Source: an uncultured Gammaproteobacteria bacterium (GTDB lineage Bacteria > Patescibacteriota > Microgenomatia > CAZETR01 > Amesbacteraceae). Taken from it: a stretch of 64,000 nt of DNA. The first letter of the stretch is position 1; each line of letters opens with the position of its first letter. Of this stretch, positions 19,503-28,300 are shown in pieces. The notes below the pieces were generated by a model, which was not told the DNA's origin, made no database searches, and saw only the letters and a program-made list of their open reading frames with translations. The translations under genes and the position numbers were made by a program. The stretch covers positions 203,046 to 267,045 of the forward strand of contig CAZFGX010000001.1 of the NCBI GenBank assembly GCA_964518565.1, given 5' to 3'.

Positions 19503-20747
19503 ATGACAACTTTCAAAAAGAAAATTGCTGCTGCATTAACTTCTGGTGCAATGTTTTTGAGTATGACAAGTACAGCCTTTGCTTCTACCTCAATTGAAGT
19601 AACAGGAAATGGATATGATTCGTCAAATTCATCAAATGTAAGTGCTCAAACCTCAACAAATGTAGTCCAAGATAATTCAGCTTCAGTCTCAAACCGTGTC
19701 AGTTCTTCTAGTAATACTGGAGGAAACAAAGCCGATCAAAACACAAACGGCGATGTAATCATCCGCACAGGCGACGCTCAAACAAAAGTGAATGTCGACA
19801 ATATGCTAAACAGTAACAAAGCTATGCTTGATTGCTGCAGCACTGCAGGTGACACTGACGTAACTGTTTCTGGTAACGGTGCCAAGTCAAATAGTGATGT
19901 CTCTCTTTCAAAGGATGCAAACACTTCAGTGTTTCAAACCAATGTAGCAGATGTCAAAAATGATATTGACGCTATTGCCAAAACAGGTGAAAACCAAGCC
20001 AACCAGAATACTGGTGGAACCGTTAACGGTGGTGTTGCTATCCGTACAGGAGATGCAAGAACCAACGTTGATGTGGCTACTGCTGCCAACGTAAATGTGG
20101 CACAAGTAGGTGGTAACGGTCATGTCGCAGGTGACACTACTGCCAAAATCATTGGCAATGGTTACAACTCCGACAATAGTATCGACTTGAGTGAAAATAA
20201 CTCTACAAACGTTGTTCAAGACAACTATGCAGATGTATATAACTCAATCGAAGCCGATGCTAAAACTGGTTACAACAAAGCCAACCAAAACACTGGTGGT
20301 GATACACTCATTTACACTGGCGACGCCAAAGTAAATGTAGCCGTCGATAATATGGTTAACTTCAATTGGGCAAACGTTGATTGCGGATGCCAAATGAGTG
20401 ACCTCGCAGTAAAAGTCGCAGGAAATGGTGCCGATTCATGGAATGATGTTGCTGTCAGTCACGATAGCGCAAAAGACGCATTCCAAACCAACGATGCCAA
20501 CCTAGACAACTGGGTCGATGGAAATGCCAAAACTGGTGACAATTCAGTCAAACAAAGTACTGGTAGTGTCAATGGAGATCCAGCTATCTGGACCGGAGAT
20601 TCAGCTTCATCATTTGATGTAGCAAATTCTGGTAACTCCAACAGTTACGGTAGTGATATGCCTGCATCTTGGCCAAACATGTCAAACATGGATTTCCACT
20701 TTAGCTTTTCGCTAGGTGATCTCATGGCCTGGGCTGGTCATAACTAA
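19503..20747 (+). CDS. Secreted repeat protein A (4 x ~90-aa GNG/QxN/NTG/TGDA repeats), putative major fibre subunit
   Basis: Signal peptide ending AFA; four repeats with CC and CGC linkers; strong SD-like GAAAGGGGGTGA at ~19476. Confidence 0.8.
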   Translation: MTTFKKKIAAALTSGAMFLSMTSTAFASTSIEVTGNGYDSSNSSNVSAQTSTNVVQDNSASVSNRVSSSSNTGGNKADQNTNGDVIIRTGDAQTKVNVDNMLNSNKAMLDCCSTAGDTDVTVSGNGAKSNSDVSLSKDANTSVFQTNVADVKNDIDAIAKTGENQANQNTGGTVNGGVAIRTGDARTNVDVATAANVNVAQVGGNGHVAGDTTAKIIGNGYNSDNSIDLSENNSTNVVQDNYADVYNSIEADAKTGYNKANQNTGGDTLIYTGDAKVNVAVDNMVNFNWANVDCGCQMSDLAVKVAGNGADSWNDVAVSHDSAKDAFQTNDANLDNWVDGNAKTGDNSVKQSTGSVNGDPAIWTGDSASSFDVANSGNSNSYGSDMPASWPNMSNMDFHFSFSLGDLMAWAGHN

Positions 20748-20759
20748 AATTTTTGTGTA

Positions 20760-20785
20760 GTGTCCCGCCAGATATGGCGGGACAC
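20760..20785 (+). other. GC-rich intercistronic stem-loop without U-tract
   Basis: gtgtcccgcca-gata-tggcgggacac, a perfect 11-bp stem. Confidence 0.75.
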
Positions 20786-20809
20786 CCACAGAAATTAAAT
20801 ATATTTAAA

Positions 20810-22912
20810 ATGAAAAAAATTATTAGCTTACTCACCATTTTTATAGTTTTCTCTTCGCTGATTACTCCAGTATCGGCTCTAGAGACTCCTATCGCACCCA
20901 CTGCCCCAGATGCACCTATTGCCCCAACAAGTGAACCAGCACCCACTGCCCCTTCTGCTCCAGCAGCGCCAACCTCACCCTCACAACAACAAACAGAACC
21001 TACTCCACGTCCAACAAGATCACCCAGAACTGAAAATTCTTCAAGTACTGATTCATCTACAATGTCAAATCCAACACCAACGAGCGCTCCTGTTTTGACT
21101 CCGGCAACAACCCCTGCAAAAAATAATATAGTAACTGGAAACGATACAAATTCTGCAATATCTACTACAACTGGAAATTCAAACGCGACAGGAAGTTCGC
21201 AAAGCAGTTCTGCAGGTTCAAACTCAATAATAAATACCGAAAATGGTGCTTATTCAGAAAACCATGGGGTAATAAATCAAAATTCTGATTCACAGACTAT
21301 ACAAAATAACGATGCGAATGTTCAAAATGATTTAAATCAATCAAGTAATACAGGTAATAATTCAACCTCATTTTCCGTTGGTGATACAGCAATAAAAACC
21401 GGAGACTCAAATGTATCAGGTACCGTAATTAATAGCGTAAATACAAATATTGATGGAGTATCGGTAGCAGAGTTTAATATTGCTGACACGCAAAAAGGTG
21501 ATTATATTTTAGATTTCGCCAAAAACTGTATCAGTGGCTGTTCTAATGGTGCAAATTTGGCTCAAAACAGTGGAAACGGTGCATATTCACAAAACACCGC
21601 CAATATCGATAACAATCAAAATAACGCGACTTTTCAGTCAAATGACGCTACTGTCGGAAATAAATTAGTACTATCTGCTGATTCAGGTAACAATAACGCA
21701 AATTACAATACTGGAGGTAGTTCTCAAATCCAAACTGGAGATGCAAATGTTTCAGCGAATGCACTAACGTTTGCAAACAATAATTTAAATGGAAATGTGT
21801 TGTATGGAGTCGTAAACATTTATGGTGATTTATATGGCGATATCCTTTTTCCAGAAGAAATTATCTCAAATGCAAATAATGGCGCAAATTCAAATAATCA
21901 AAGTTCAATCGCAACAAATAATACAAACCAAACCTTCCAAAGTAATAATGCAGATCTAGATAATACGGTACTAATAAATGCCAACACCGGCGACAATAGC
22001 ACCACAGGCAATACAGGTGGCGATTCCGGAGTTCTTACTGGAAACGCAAATGTAACAACACAAACACTAAATGTGGCAAACAATAATATTGATAGTGGTA
22101 CTACCTGGTTAGTGTTAGTCAACCAAGCTGGAAATTGGCTAGGACAAATAGTCGGGGCGGCCGGATCAAATTACGCAGGTTCTATAGGCACTCAATTTTC
22201 AGTGTCGCCATCAGGTGCAATTACTGCCTCAAACACTGGAAATGGTTCAGGTTCAGATAATCAAACAAACATTAATCAAACAAATACCAATGTCACCAGT
22301 CAATCAAACAATGTAAATGTGCAAAATGTACTAGATCTATCAGCAAATACTGGAAATAATAGTGCCAATTACAATACGGGCGGGGATTCTGCAATAAAAA
22401 CAGGTGACGCAAATATCGTTGCAAACTTAGTAAACTTTGTAAATAACAACGTTTCTTCAAGTGGTAAGTTAGTTGTAACAGTCGTAAACGTTTTTGGTTC
22501 ATGGGTAGGAGACCTGGTAACCCCTGGACAAAAGCAACAAAAATATACATCAGCAGCTCCAGCTCCTGTTGGCGGCGCAGCCATTCAAACGAACAATATA
22601 GTACCAGTATCTACATCTGCCGCCACCCCTACGCCAACTGTTGCAACCAGCATACTTGTCCAATCCAGCTCCAAATCGGATTCTACTCAAAACGTTACAA
22701 AAAATATTTCAAACACAAATAGGAGTAAAGTGTTGAGTCTGAATACGTCAAAAACAAATGACTCAAGTATTGATGAACCCGCAGTCTCATCTATTCAGCT
22801 TGCTCAGCCACAAAAAAAGATCGTCAAAATAAATTTGGCCTGGCTAATATTAAGCTTGCCATTAATTGGAGTAGGTATTTTAGTGAAAAAACTTCGTGTT
22901 CGAAAAAGCTAA
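20810..22912 (+). CDS. Secreted repeat protein B (4 repeats, Pro/Thr/Ser-rich stalks, C-terminal TM anchor)
   Basis: Start ATG 20810 (MKKIISLL); same repeats plus inserts; CISGC linker; C-terminal hydrophobic helix + KKLRVRKS. Confidence 0.8.
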   Translation: MKKIISLLTIFIVFSSLITPVSALETPIAPTAPDAPIAPTSEPAPTAPSAPAAPTSPSQQQTEPTPRPTRSPRTENSSSTDSSTMSNPTPTSAPVLTPATTPAKNNIVTGNDTNSAISTTTGNSNATGSSQSSSAGSNSIINTENGAYSENHGVINQNSDSQTIQNNDANVQNDLNQSSNTGNNSTSFSVGDTAIKTGDSNVSGTVINSVNTNIDGVSVAEFNIADTQKGDYILDFAKNCISGCSNGANLAQNSGNGAYSQNTANIDNNQNNATFQSNDATVGNKLVLSADSGNNNANYNTGGSSQIQTGDANVSANALTFANNNLNGNVLYGVVNIYGDLYGDILFPEEIISNANNGANSNNQSSIATNNTNQTFQSNNADLDNTVLINANTGDNSTTGNTGGDSGVLTGNANVTTQTLNVANNNIDSGTTWLVLVNQAGNWLGQIVGAAGSNYAGSIGTQFSVSPSGAITASNTGNGSGSDNQTNINQTNTNVTSQSNNVNVQNVLDLSANTGNNSANYNTGGDSAIKTGDANIVANLVNFVNNNVSSSGKLVVTVVNVFGSWVGDLVTPGQKQQKYTSAAPAPVGGAAIQTNNIVPVSTSAATPTPTVATSILVQSSSKSDSTQNVTKNISNTNRSKVLSLNTSKTNDSSIDEPAVSSIQLAQPQKKIVKINLAWLILSLPLIGVGILVKKLRVRKS

Positions 22913-22951
22913 AAAAACACGTCCTAAATAATTAGGACGTGTTCTTTTTTT
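22911..22951. terminator. Bidirectional intrinsic terminator
   Basis: aacacgtcctaa/ttaggacgtgtt stem flanked by an A-run and a T-run, between convergent genes. Confidence 0.85.
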
Positions 22952-22959
22952 AAGAGCAA

Positions 22960-23553
22960 TTATAGCGAGTTACTTGCTCCTGCAACCACAACTTCCACTT
23001 GTGACGTTGTTGAACCAGTACTGATCTCAACCCCATTTCCTGTATTTAGCTTTGATTTATTTTTACCAGTAGAAGCTTTTGATGTAATCGCGTTCGACAC
23101 TTTAGTTTTTGACTTTTGTTCAGTAATCAAGGCTTTAGCTGAAGAAACCTCGACTTTATTTTTGGATTTTGCTCCATTTCCATCCACTAAAATATCTACA
23201 ACCGTCTCACTGCAACCACAACAAGAAGGCGCAGTAGCGGTATTTTCGCCGCCAATCACACTGACAGATACACTTGATGTTGCATCACCTGTATCGATCG
23301 AATTTAGACCACCAGTATTCATATTTGCAGTATTACTGCCTGTCGATGACGAAGATGAAATAGAATTAGTCACCACAGTACTGCTCATTTGAGTAACTGA
23401 TGAAACACAATCCATTGACATGGCAATTTTATTGTGTGACATAGCTCCATTTCCAGTTATTTCAACTGAAGCAAACGCGGCACTGGTAGCGGAAACAAGC
23501 AGCATTCCCGCACCAGCTGTTACAACTGCAAATCTTTTAATCAGAAAAGTCAT
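22960..23553 (-). CDS. Secreted repeat protein C (2 repeats, CCGC linker)
   Basis: SD AAAGGAGGTGA just upstream of ATG 23553; signal peptide ending AFA-SVEITGNG, paralogous to protein A. Confidence 0.8.
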   Translation of the reverse strand: MTFLIKRFAVVTAGAGMLLVSATSAAFASVEITGNGAMSHNKIAMSMDCVSSVTQMSSTVVTNSISSSSSTGSNTANMNTGGLNSIDTGDATSSVSVSVIGGENTATAPSCCGCSETVVDILVDGNGAKSKNKVEVSSAKALITEQKSKTKVSNAITSKASTGKNKSKLNTGNGVEISTGSTTSQVEVVVAGASNSL

Positions 23554-23661
23554 ATATATCACCTCCTTTCGTCTCTTATTTTAATTTAAATAATCAAAGC
23601 ATAATCTGTCAACCAACAAATCACTTGACGGTGCTCATACTTGAATCCCATAATAGGCTTC

Positions 23662-24519
23662 ATGCATTTATTTGCTCCTCATCATACGAACAATCAAAGG
23701 GCAAAACTTCTTCATCCAACAGGCCTTTTAATTTTACTATTCATGATTGTTGGTATTCAGGTAATACTAAGATCAACTGCCCATTATTTACCTCAGGTAT
23801 TAGGATATGCCGCTCAAATACCTAGCTCAGAAATAATTCGTTTAACAAATATAGAGCGTCAGCAACGAGGTCTTTCAGAATTAAAATTCGATGAAAAATT
23901 ATCTCAGGCAGCACAAAAAAAAGCAGTAGACATGTTCTCTAAAGATTATTGGGCCCACGTTTCTCCTGTCGGCACACAGCCTTGGTTTTTTATCACCGAT
24001 GCAGGCTATTCATACAGATATGCAGGCGAAAATTTAGCTCGCGACTTCACTGACCCAAATTCTGTAGTTCAGGCTTGGCTCGCCTCTCCTTCTCATCGAG
24101 AAAATGTATTAAATAATCGATACCAAGATATAGGTGTTGCAGTAGTTGATGGAAAATTAGGTGGAAGAGAGACAACTTTAGTTGTTCAAATGTTTGGCAC
24201 AAAGTTGTCTGCTCAAACTCAACCAAGGTTAACCGACGCCACTTCAATCAATGTAAAGGCTGCTGAACCACTTCCTACTACTCGACCCAAACCAAACTCC
24301 TTGGGCGCGTCTACAAACTTACAAGTCTCCCCATTTGATATTACAAAATATTTTGCTTTATTCGTGTTAAGTCTGCTATTAGTTGTATTAATAATTGATA
24401 TTTTTGTAGTAAATCGAAAAAATCTCGTTCGCTGGACCAGCAAAAGCCTGGCTCATTTAATTTTTGTAGTTGTTATAATCACAGCTGCTGCATTAATTGT
24501 TAGAGGTCAAATCATTTAA
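23662..24519 (+). CDS. CAP/SCP-domain membrane protein
   Basis: TNxER, YWAH, AGENLA and WLASPSHRENV motifs; N- and C-terminal TM helices; start ATG 23662 follows TTGACG-N18-CATAAT. Confidence 0.9.
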   Translation: MHLFAPHHTNNQRAKLLHPTGLLILLFMIVGIQVILRSTAHYLPQVLGYAAQIPSSEIIRLTNIERQQRGLSELKFDEKLSQAAQKKAVDMFSKDYWAHVSPVGTQPWFFITDAGYSYRYAGENLARDFTDPNSVVQAWLASPSHRENVLNNRYQDIGVAVVDGKLGGRETTLVVQMFGTKLSAQTQPRLTDATSINVKAAEPLPTTRPKPNSLGASTNLQVSPFDITKYFALFVLSLLLVVLIIDIFVVNRKNLVRWTSKSLAHLIFVVVIITAAALIVRGQII

Positions 24520-24521
24520 TT

Positions 24522-24800
24522 ATGAATAAAGTTATATTTGAAAAAGATTTAAGCAAACATCCTCTCCACTATTTTGTTCTTTTATGTTTGCAAATTATTG
24601 GTTTATGGGGAATTTTTTGGTTTAGTTATAGACCAGTGCTTCAATTTATAACAATTATATATATGGGGATTGGATATGTGACCTGGGGCATAATTCATCA
24701 TAAAATTCATAAAGATCTTCATATAAAAATTGTCCTCGAATATATATTATTTGCTACAATATTGATCACGTTATTTAGTTCACTAATTTTTCGATCTTGA
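24522..24800 (+). CDS. Small 3-TM hypothetical protein
   Basis: Three hydrophobic segments; WGIIHH...VLEY motif. Confidence 0.7.
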   Translation: MNKVIFEKDLSKHPLHYFVLLCLQIIGLWGIFWFSYRPVLQFITIIYMGIGYVTWGIIHHKIHKDLHIKIVLEYILFATILITLFSSLIFRS

Positions 24801-25363
24801 AATATCGTTTACAAATCTCTATTGAACTGCCTGAAAATCTCTATTCAACTGTTGAAGAGATTCAAAAAAAACTTGAAGGAGTTAGTCCATTAATAAAATC
24901 TATACCGGTAGATCAAATTCAATTAGTCCTGAACAATCTGGGGTTGATAGAAGAACAGCGTTTACCCGGACTCACCAAAAAACTATCCGAGACCATCGAG
25001 CAATTTTCCAGTATAAATATACAACCATATTTTATTAGTACATTATATAAGCGCCACGACCCTTCTTGTATTTATCTAGAACCAGTTGGCGATATCGCAC
25101 AAATAAAAGAGATTCAAAAAAATATCAGCCAACAATTATCTCTTTTGTCTTTGCCTTCTCAAAATAAATTCTCCGCCCTATTCCCATTAGCTGAAATTAA
25201 CAAGCAAGATCCTACTACTGTCAAACAAGTACTCGATAAAATTCAAAACTTCGAAATTCAACCTCTGGATGTAATTCATGTAACACATGTGTCTCTATAC
25301 CAGGCTGTTTCAAAACTAGATATCTCTAACACAAAAAAAATAGGCGAATTTACGCTCGAGTAG
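24797..25363 (+). CDS. 2H-phosphoesterase (ThpR/LigT-like) fold protein, catalytic HxT motifs lost
   Basis: RLQISIELP N-terminus and ThpR-like length and layout, but QLVL and ALFPL occupy the expected HxT positions. Confidence 0.55.
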   Translation: MKYRLQISIELPENLYSTVEEIQKKLEGVSPLIKSIPVDQIQLVLNNLGLIEEQRLPGLTKKLSETIEQFSSINIQPYFISTLYKRHDPSCIYLEPVGDIAQIKEIQKNISQQLSLLSLPSQNKFSALFPLAEINKQDPTTVKQVLDKIQNFEIQPLDVIHVTHVSLYQAVSKLDISNTKKIGEFTLE

Positions 25364-25997
25364 ACTCTCTCCAGGCAACAATCTTTTTATGGTTTCCCGA
25401 TAAGAGAATTTCAGGAACTTTCCAAGACTTATAAACTTCAGGTCGTGTGTACTGTGGATACTCAACGCCATCTTCATTGTGGGACTCTTCGATCAAAGAT
25501 TGGGAATTACCAAGTGCATTAGGAAGCAATCGGACAACTGAATCAACCAATACCATTGCAGCAATCTCTCCGCCAGACAATACATAATCGCCGATAGAAA
25601 TAATTTCATCAGCTATATGCTCATGAATCCGATGATCCACGCCTTCATAATGACCACAAATAATAATCATGTCTGAGTATGTAGACATTTTTTTTGCCAC
25701 AACCTGAGAATATTTTTTTCCTGTCGCATCGGTTAAAACCACCTTGGTTTCAGAATTGTTATTATGATGAACTCTTTTTATATCCGAAATTGCCTGATCT
25801 ATTAGATCGACTCGTAAAATCATTCCTGCCCCTCCTCCATATGGCTTGTCATCAACAGATTTATACGTATCGGTTGCCCAGTCGCGCAAATTTCGTATAT
25901 TGATACTGACTATACCTTTATCTTTAGCTCTCTTGATGATAGAAGTATCAAAAACAGAAAAGCCTTCGGGAAACAAAGATAAAATGGTTATGTTCAT
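25350..25997 (-). CDS. trmD: tRNA (guanine-N1)-methyltransferase
   Basis: VDDKPYGGGAGM, CGHYEGVD, SIGDYVLSGGE, EYPQYTRP and VPEILLSGNH motifs. Confidence 0.98.
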   Translation of the reverse strand: MNITILSLFPEGFSVFDTSIIKRAKDKGIVSINIRNLRDWATDTYKSVDDKPYGGGAGMILRVDLIDQAISDIKRVHHNNNSETKVVLTDATGKKYSQVVAKKMSTYSDMIIICGHYEGVDHRIHEHIADEIISIGDYVLSGGEIAAMVLVDSVVRLLPNALGNSQSLIEESHNEDGVEYPQYTRPEVYKSWKVPEILLSGNHKKIVAWRESTRA

Positions 25998-26032
25998 TAA
26001 CATATTATAAAATATTCAGCTATGATAATACT

Positions 26033-27169
26033 ATGAAAGTGATAATGGTCATAGGTGTATATAATGAAGCCGAAAGTACACCCAAACTTATAGATGAGCT
26101 AGCGAAAGTCGTACCGCAAATTAAAAATCACCAATTAGAATTTCTTTTTGTGGATGGAAATAGTCCCGATGGAACTGCAACAATAATTAGAAAATATCAA
26201 CAGAAATACCCGTGGATACATTTGTTAGTAGAAAAAGAAAAAAATGGTTTAGGAGCAGCATATGCCATCGGTATGACATACGCAATGAAAGAGCTCAAGG
26301 CCGATTTTGTCGGTGAAATGGACGGAGATCTACAACATCCGCCCATGGTACTAAAAAAGCTTATAGATGAAATTGACAATGGGTATGAGTTTGTTATTGC
26401 TTCGCGTTATATACAAGGCGGGGAAATCCCCAAAGACTGGGGGTTCAGTAGAAAATTTTTAAGTGTTGTTGGAAATTTGGTTGCCCGTGTTTTACTAGTC
26501 TTGCCCAGGGTCCACGATGTGACTGGTGGATACAAAATTTCTAAAGTAAAGGGTTTCATGGACGAATTCGATTTTAAAAAATTGCTATCAAAACGTTTTG
26601 CATACAAAGTACATCTACTTTTTTATATGATTCAAAAAGGAGCCAAGGTCAAAGAGGTTCCATTTTCGTTTGCACCACGCCTAGCTGACGAATCAAAGAT
26701 AGGCAAAAACGACCTACAAGAAACATTAAGGGTAATTTTTTGGCTCCAATTTTACAATCCAAAATTACGACGATTCCTAAAGTTTGGTATTGTCGGAGGA
26801 ACCGGCTTAGCTATTCAAACGACTTTCTTCGAAGTCCTATCAGTATTTACTCAAACGTTAACACCCGCAATCGCAACAGTTATTGGAGGGGAAGTTGCAA
26901 TTTTAAGTAATTTTATCCTAAACAACTTTTGGACCTTTAACCAATTTAAAGTCACCGGAATAAAAATGATTAGCAAATTTGTTCAATTTAATACTACATC
27001 ACTTATTGCCCTGACTATCCAATTTGCTATACTAAAAATTGGCGAACATGTAGCTGCAGGTAATAAAGTAGTTATTCAAGGATTTTATTTTGGTGCAATT
27101 ATTCTCGTTTTAATTACAAACTACTATATCTACAACAAATTTATCTGGAAAACGGCAAAAAAGGAGTAA
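26033..27169 (+). CDS. Polyprenol-phosphate sugar synthase (Ppm1/DPM1-like GT2) fused to GtrA-like flippase
   Basis: VDGNSPDGT, GLGAAY, MDGDLQHPP, ASRY and DVTGG motifs; C-terminal 4-TM RFLKFGIVG...NFILNNFWTF GtrA domain. Confidence 0.88.
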   Translation: MKVIMVIGVYNEAESTPKLIDELAKVVPQIKNHQLEFLFVDGNSPDGTATIIRKYQQKYPWIHLLVEKEKNGLGAAYAIGMTYAMKELKADFVGEMDGDLQHPPMVLKKLIDEIDNGYEFVIASRYIQGGEIPKDWGFSRKFLSVVGNLVARVLLVLPRVHDVTGGYKISKVKGFMDEFDFKKLLSKRFAYKVHLLFYMIQKGAKVKEVPFSFAPRLADESKIGKNDLQETLRVIFWLQFYNPKLRRFLKFGIVGGTGLAIQTTFFEVLSVFTQTLTPAIATVIGGEVAILSNFILNNFWTFNQFKVTGIKMISKFVQFNTTSLIALTIQFAILKIGEHVAAGNKVVIQGFYFGAIILVLITNYYIYNKFIWKTAKKE

Positions 27170-28235
27170 AGTTAGAAATATCCAAGGCATTATTTCTTAC
27201 AAAATTTAACGTATACAAAAATAGAGGTATAGTCAAGAAAAGTAAAATTAGCTTCACTTCCTTTCTCGCCAAAAAATCTTCCAGTCCCAAAAGTACAACT
27301 GGTACCAAGGGTAGAGCATAACGGCTAATATCTCGATGCGAAACAAAAAGAATCGAGCCATAAAAAACCAAACCAAACCACCCCCAAACTTTGTGCATTC
27401 GAAATGTTTGCCAAATTCCTATTGCGCCAATCAAGTATATCCACAAAATATCTTCTAGCCAAAATGTACCCACCCACGATTGTGAGCTATCAAATACTTT
27501 AAACGGTAAAAGTTGTAAATGGATGTTATCTCCTGAATGAAAATAAGCCAAAAAATCCCCAGTCTGAAAATAATAGATACCAAACACGCCAAGAAGGCCT
27601 AAAGGAATAAAACATAAGAATACATATTTCCAATTAATCTTTTTTGTATTGAAAAGATTAAACAACGCATATAACCCGTAACTCACAAACAACAAAATAC
27701 CTGGACTCTTAGTAAATGTAGCCAATGCACCAAAAATTCCTGACCAAAAAAATTTCTTTTTTTCAAAAGAAAACAAAGATAAAACTATAAATAATAAAAA
27801 CAACGGCTCAGGGCTGGATATGGATCGAACTGCCCACATTCTGGGCCAGAAAAATAAACCTATCAGCGCCAAGGATAAAGCATGTTTGATGCCCAGTTTT
27901 AGATATACAACATACAAAACTACGCCATACAAAATACTCACACCGAACGTAGAAATTACTCCCGCGGTAAGCAAATTTGTTTGAGTTAAAAAACTTACCG
28001 CTCGAATTAATATGGGGAAAAGCGGAAAATGTGCAGCATAATATTCACTCGGTAGCGGAAAAGAAAATAAAGATTCAATACAAGATTTTTCATATCCACA
28101 ACGAGCAACTACAGAATAATAAGGTCCATCAAAATTTCTGTTGACAATAGATAATCCTGAAAAAATCCATAATATGACAGTTGACAGACCACATATCAAA
28201 AAAACTAGCAAAAGATCTTTCGCTCGAATCTTCAT
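27141..28235 (-). CDS. GT-C, PIG-V/GT76-like membrane glycosyltransferase
   Basis: NFDGPYY...AHFPLFP, EPLF and SRY motifs; about 10 TM helices. Confidence 0.65.
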   Translation of the reverse strand: MKIRAKDLLLVFLICGLSTVILWIFSGLSIVNRNFDGPYYSVVARCGYEKSCIESLFSFPLPSEYYAAHFPLFPILIRAVSFLTQTNLLTAGVISTFGVSILYGVVLYVVYLKLGIKHALSLALIGLFFWPRMWAVRSISSPEPLFLLFIVLSLFSFEKKKFFWSGIFGALATFTKSPGILLFVSYGLYALFNLFNTKKINWKYVFLCFIPLGLLGVFGIYYFQTGDFLAYFHSGDNIHLQLLPFKVFDSSQSWVGTFWLEDILWIYLIGAIGIWQTFRMHKVWGWFGLVFYGSILFVSHRDISRYALPLVPVVLLGLEDFLARKEVKLILLFLTIPLFLYTLNFVRNNALDISNFTPFLPFSR

Positions 28236-28300
28236 TAAATCATCTTAGCGTACTAGTAAAACAGTTAGCAACTCCAGGCTAAAACTGGTATGATTGGCTC

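Noticed and set aside
19288-19509. 73-aa minus-strand ORF across the leader
   Set aside because: Antisense to a structured leader, with no recognisable protein features.
20753-20809. ORF-track N-terminal extension of repeat protein B (similar extensions at 1333, 4545, 6598, 10788, 23641, 31862, 33321, 38709, 49342)
   Set aside because: Downstream ATGs give proper signal peptides or family N-termini and stop/start coupling; this extension runs through a stem-loop.
19503-23553. Direct assignment as curlin, FapC, ice-nucleation or RTX protein
   Set aside because: Repeat length and motifs differ (no AGYGST or GGxGxD repeats), and there are no csg/fap secretion genes; these are analogies only.
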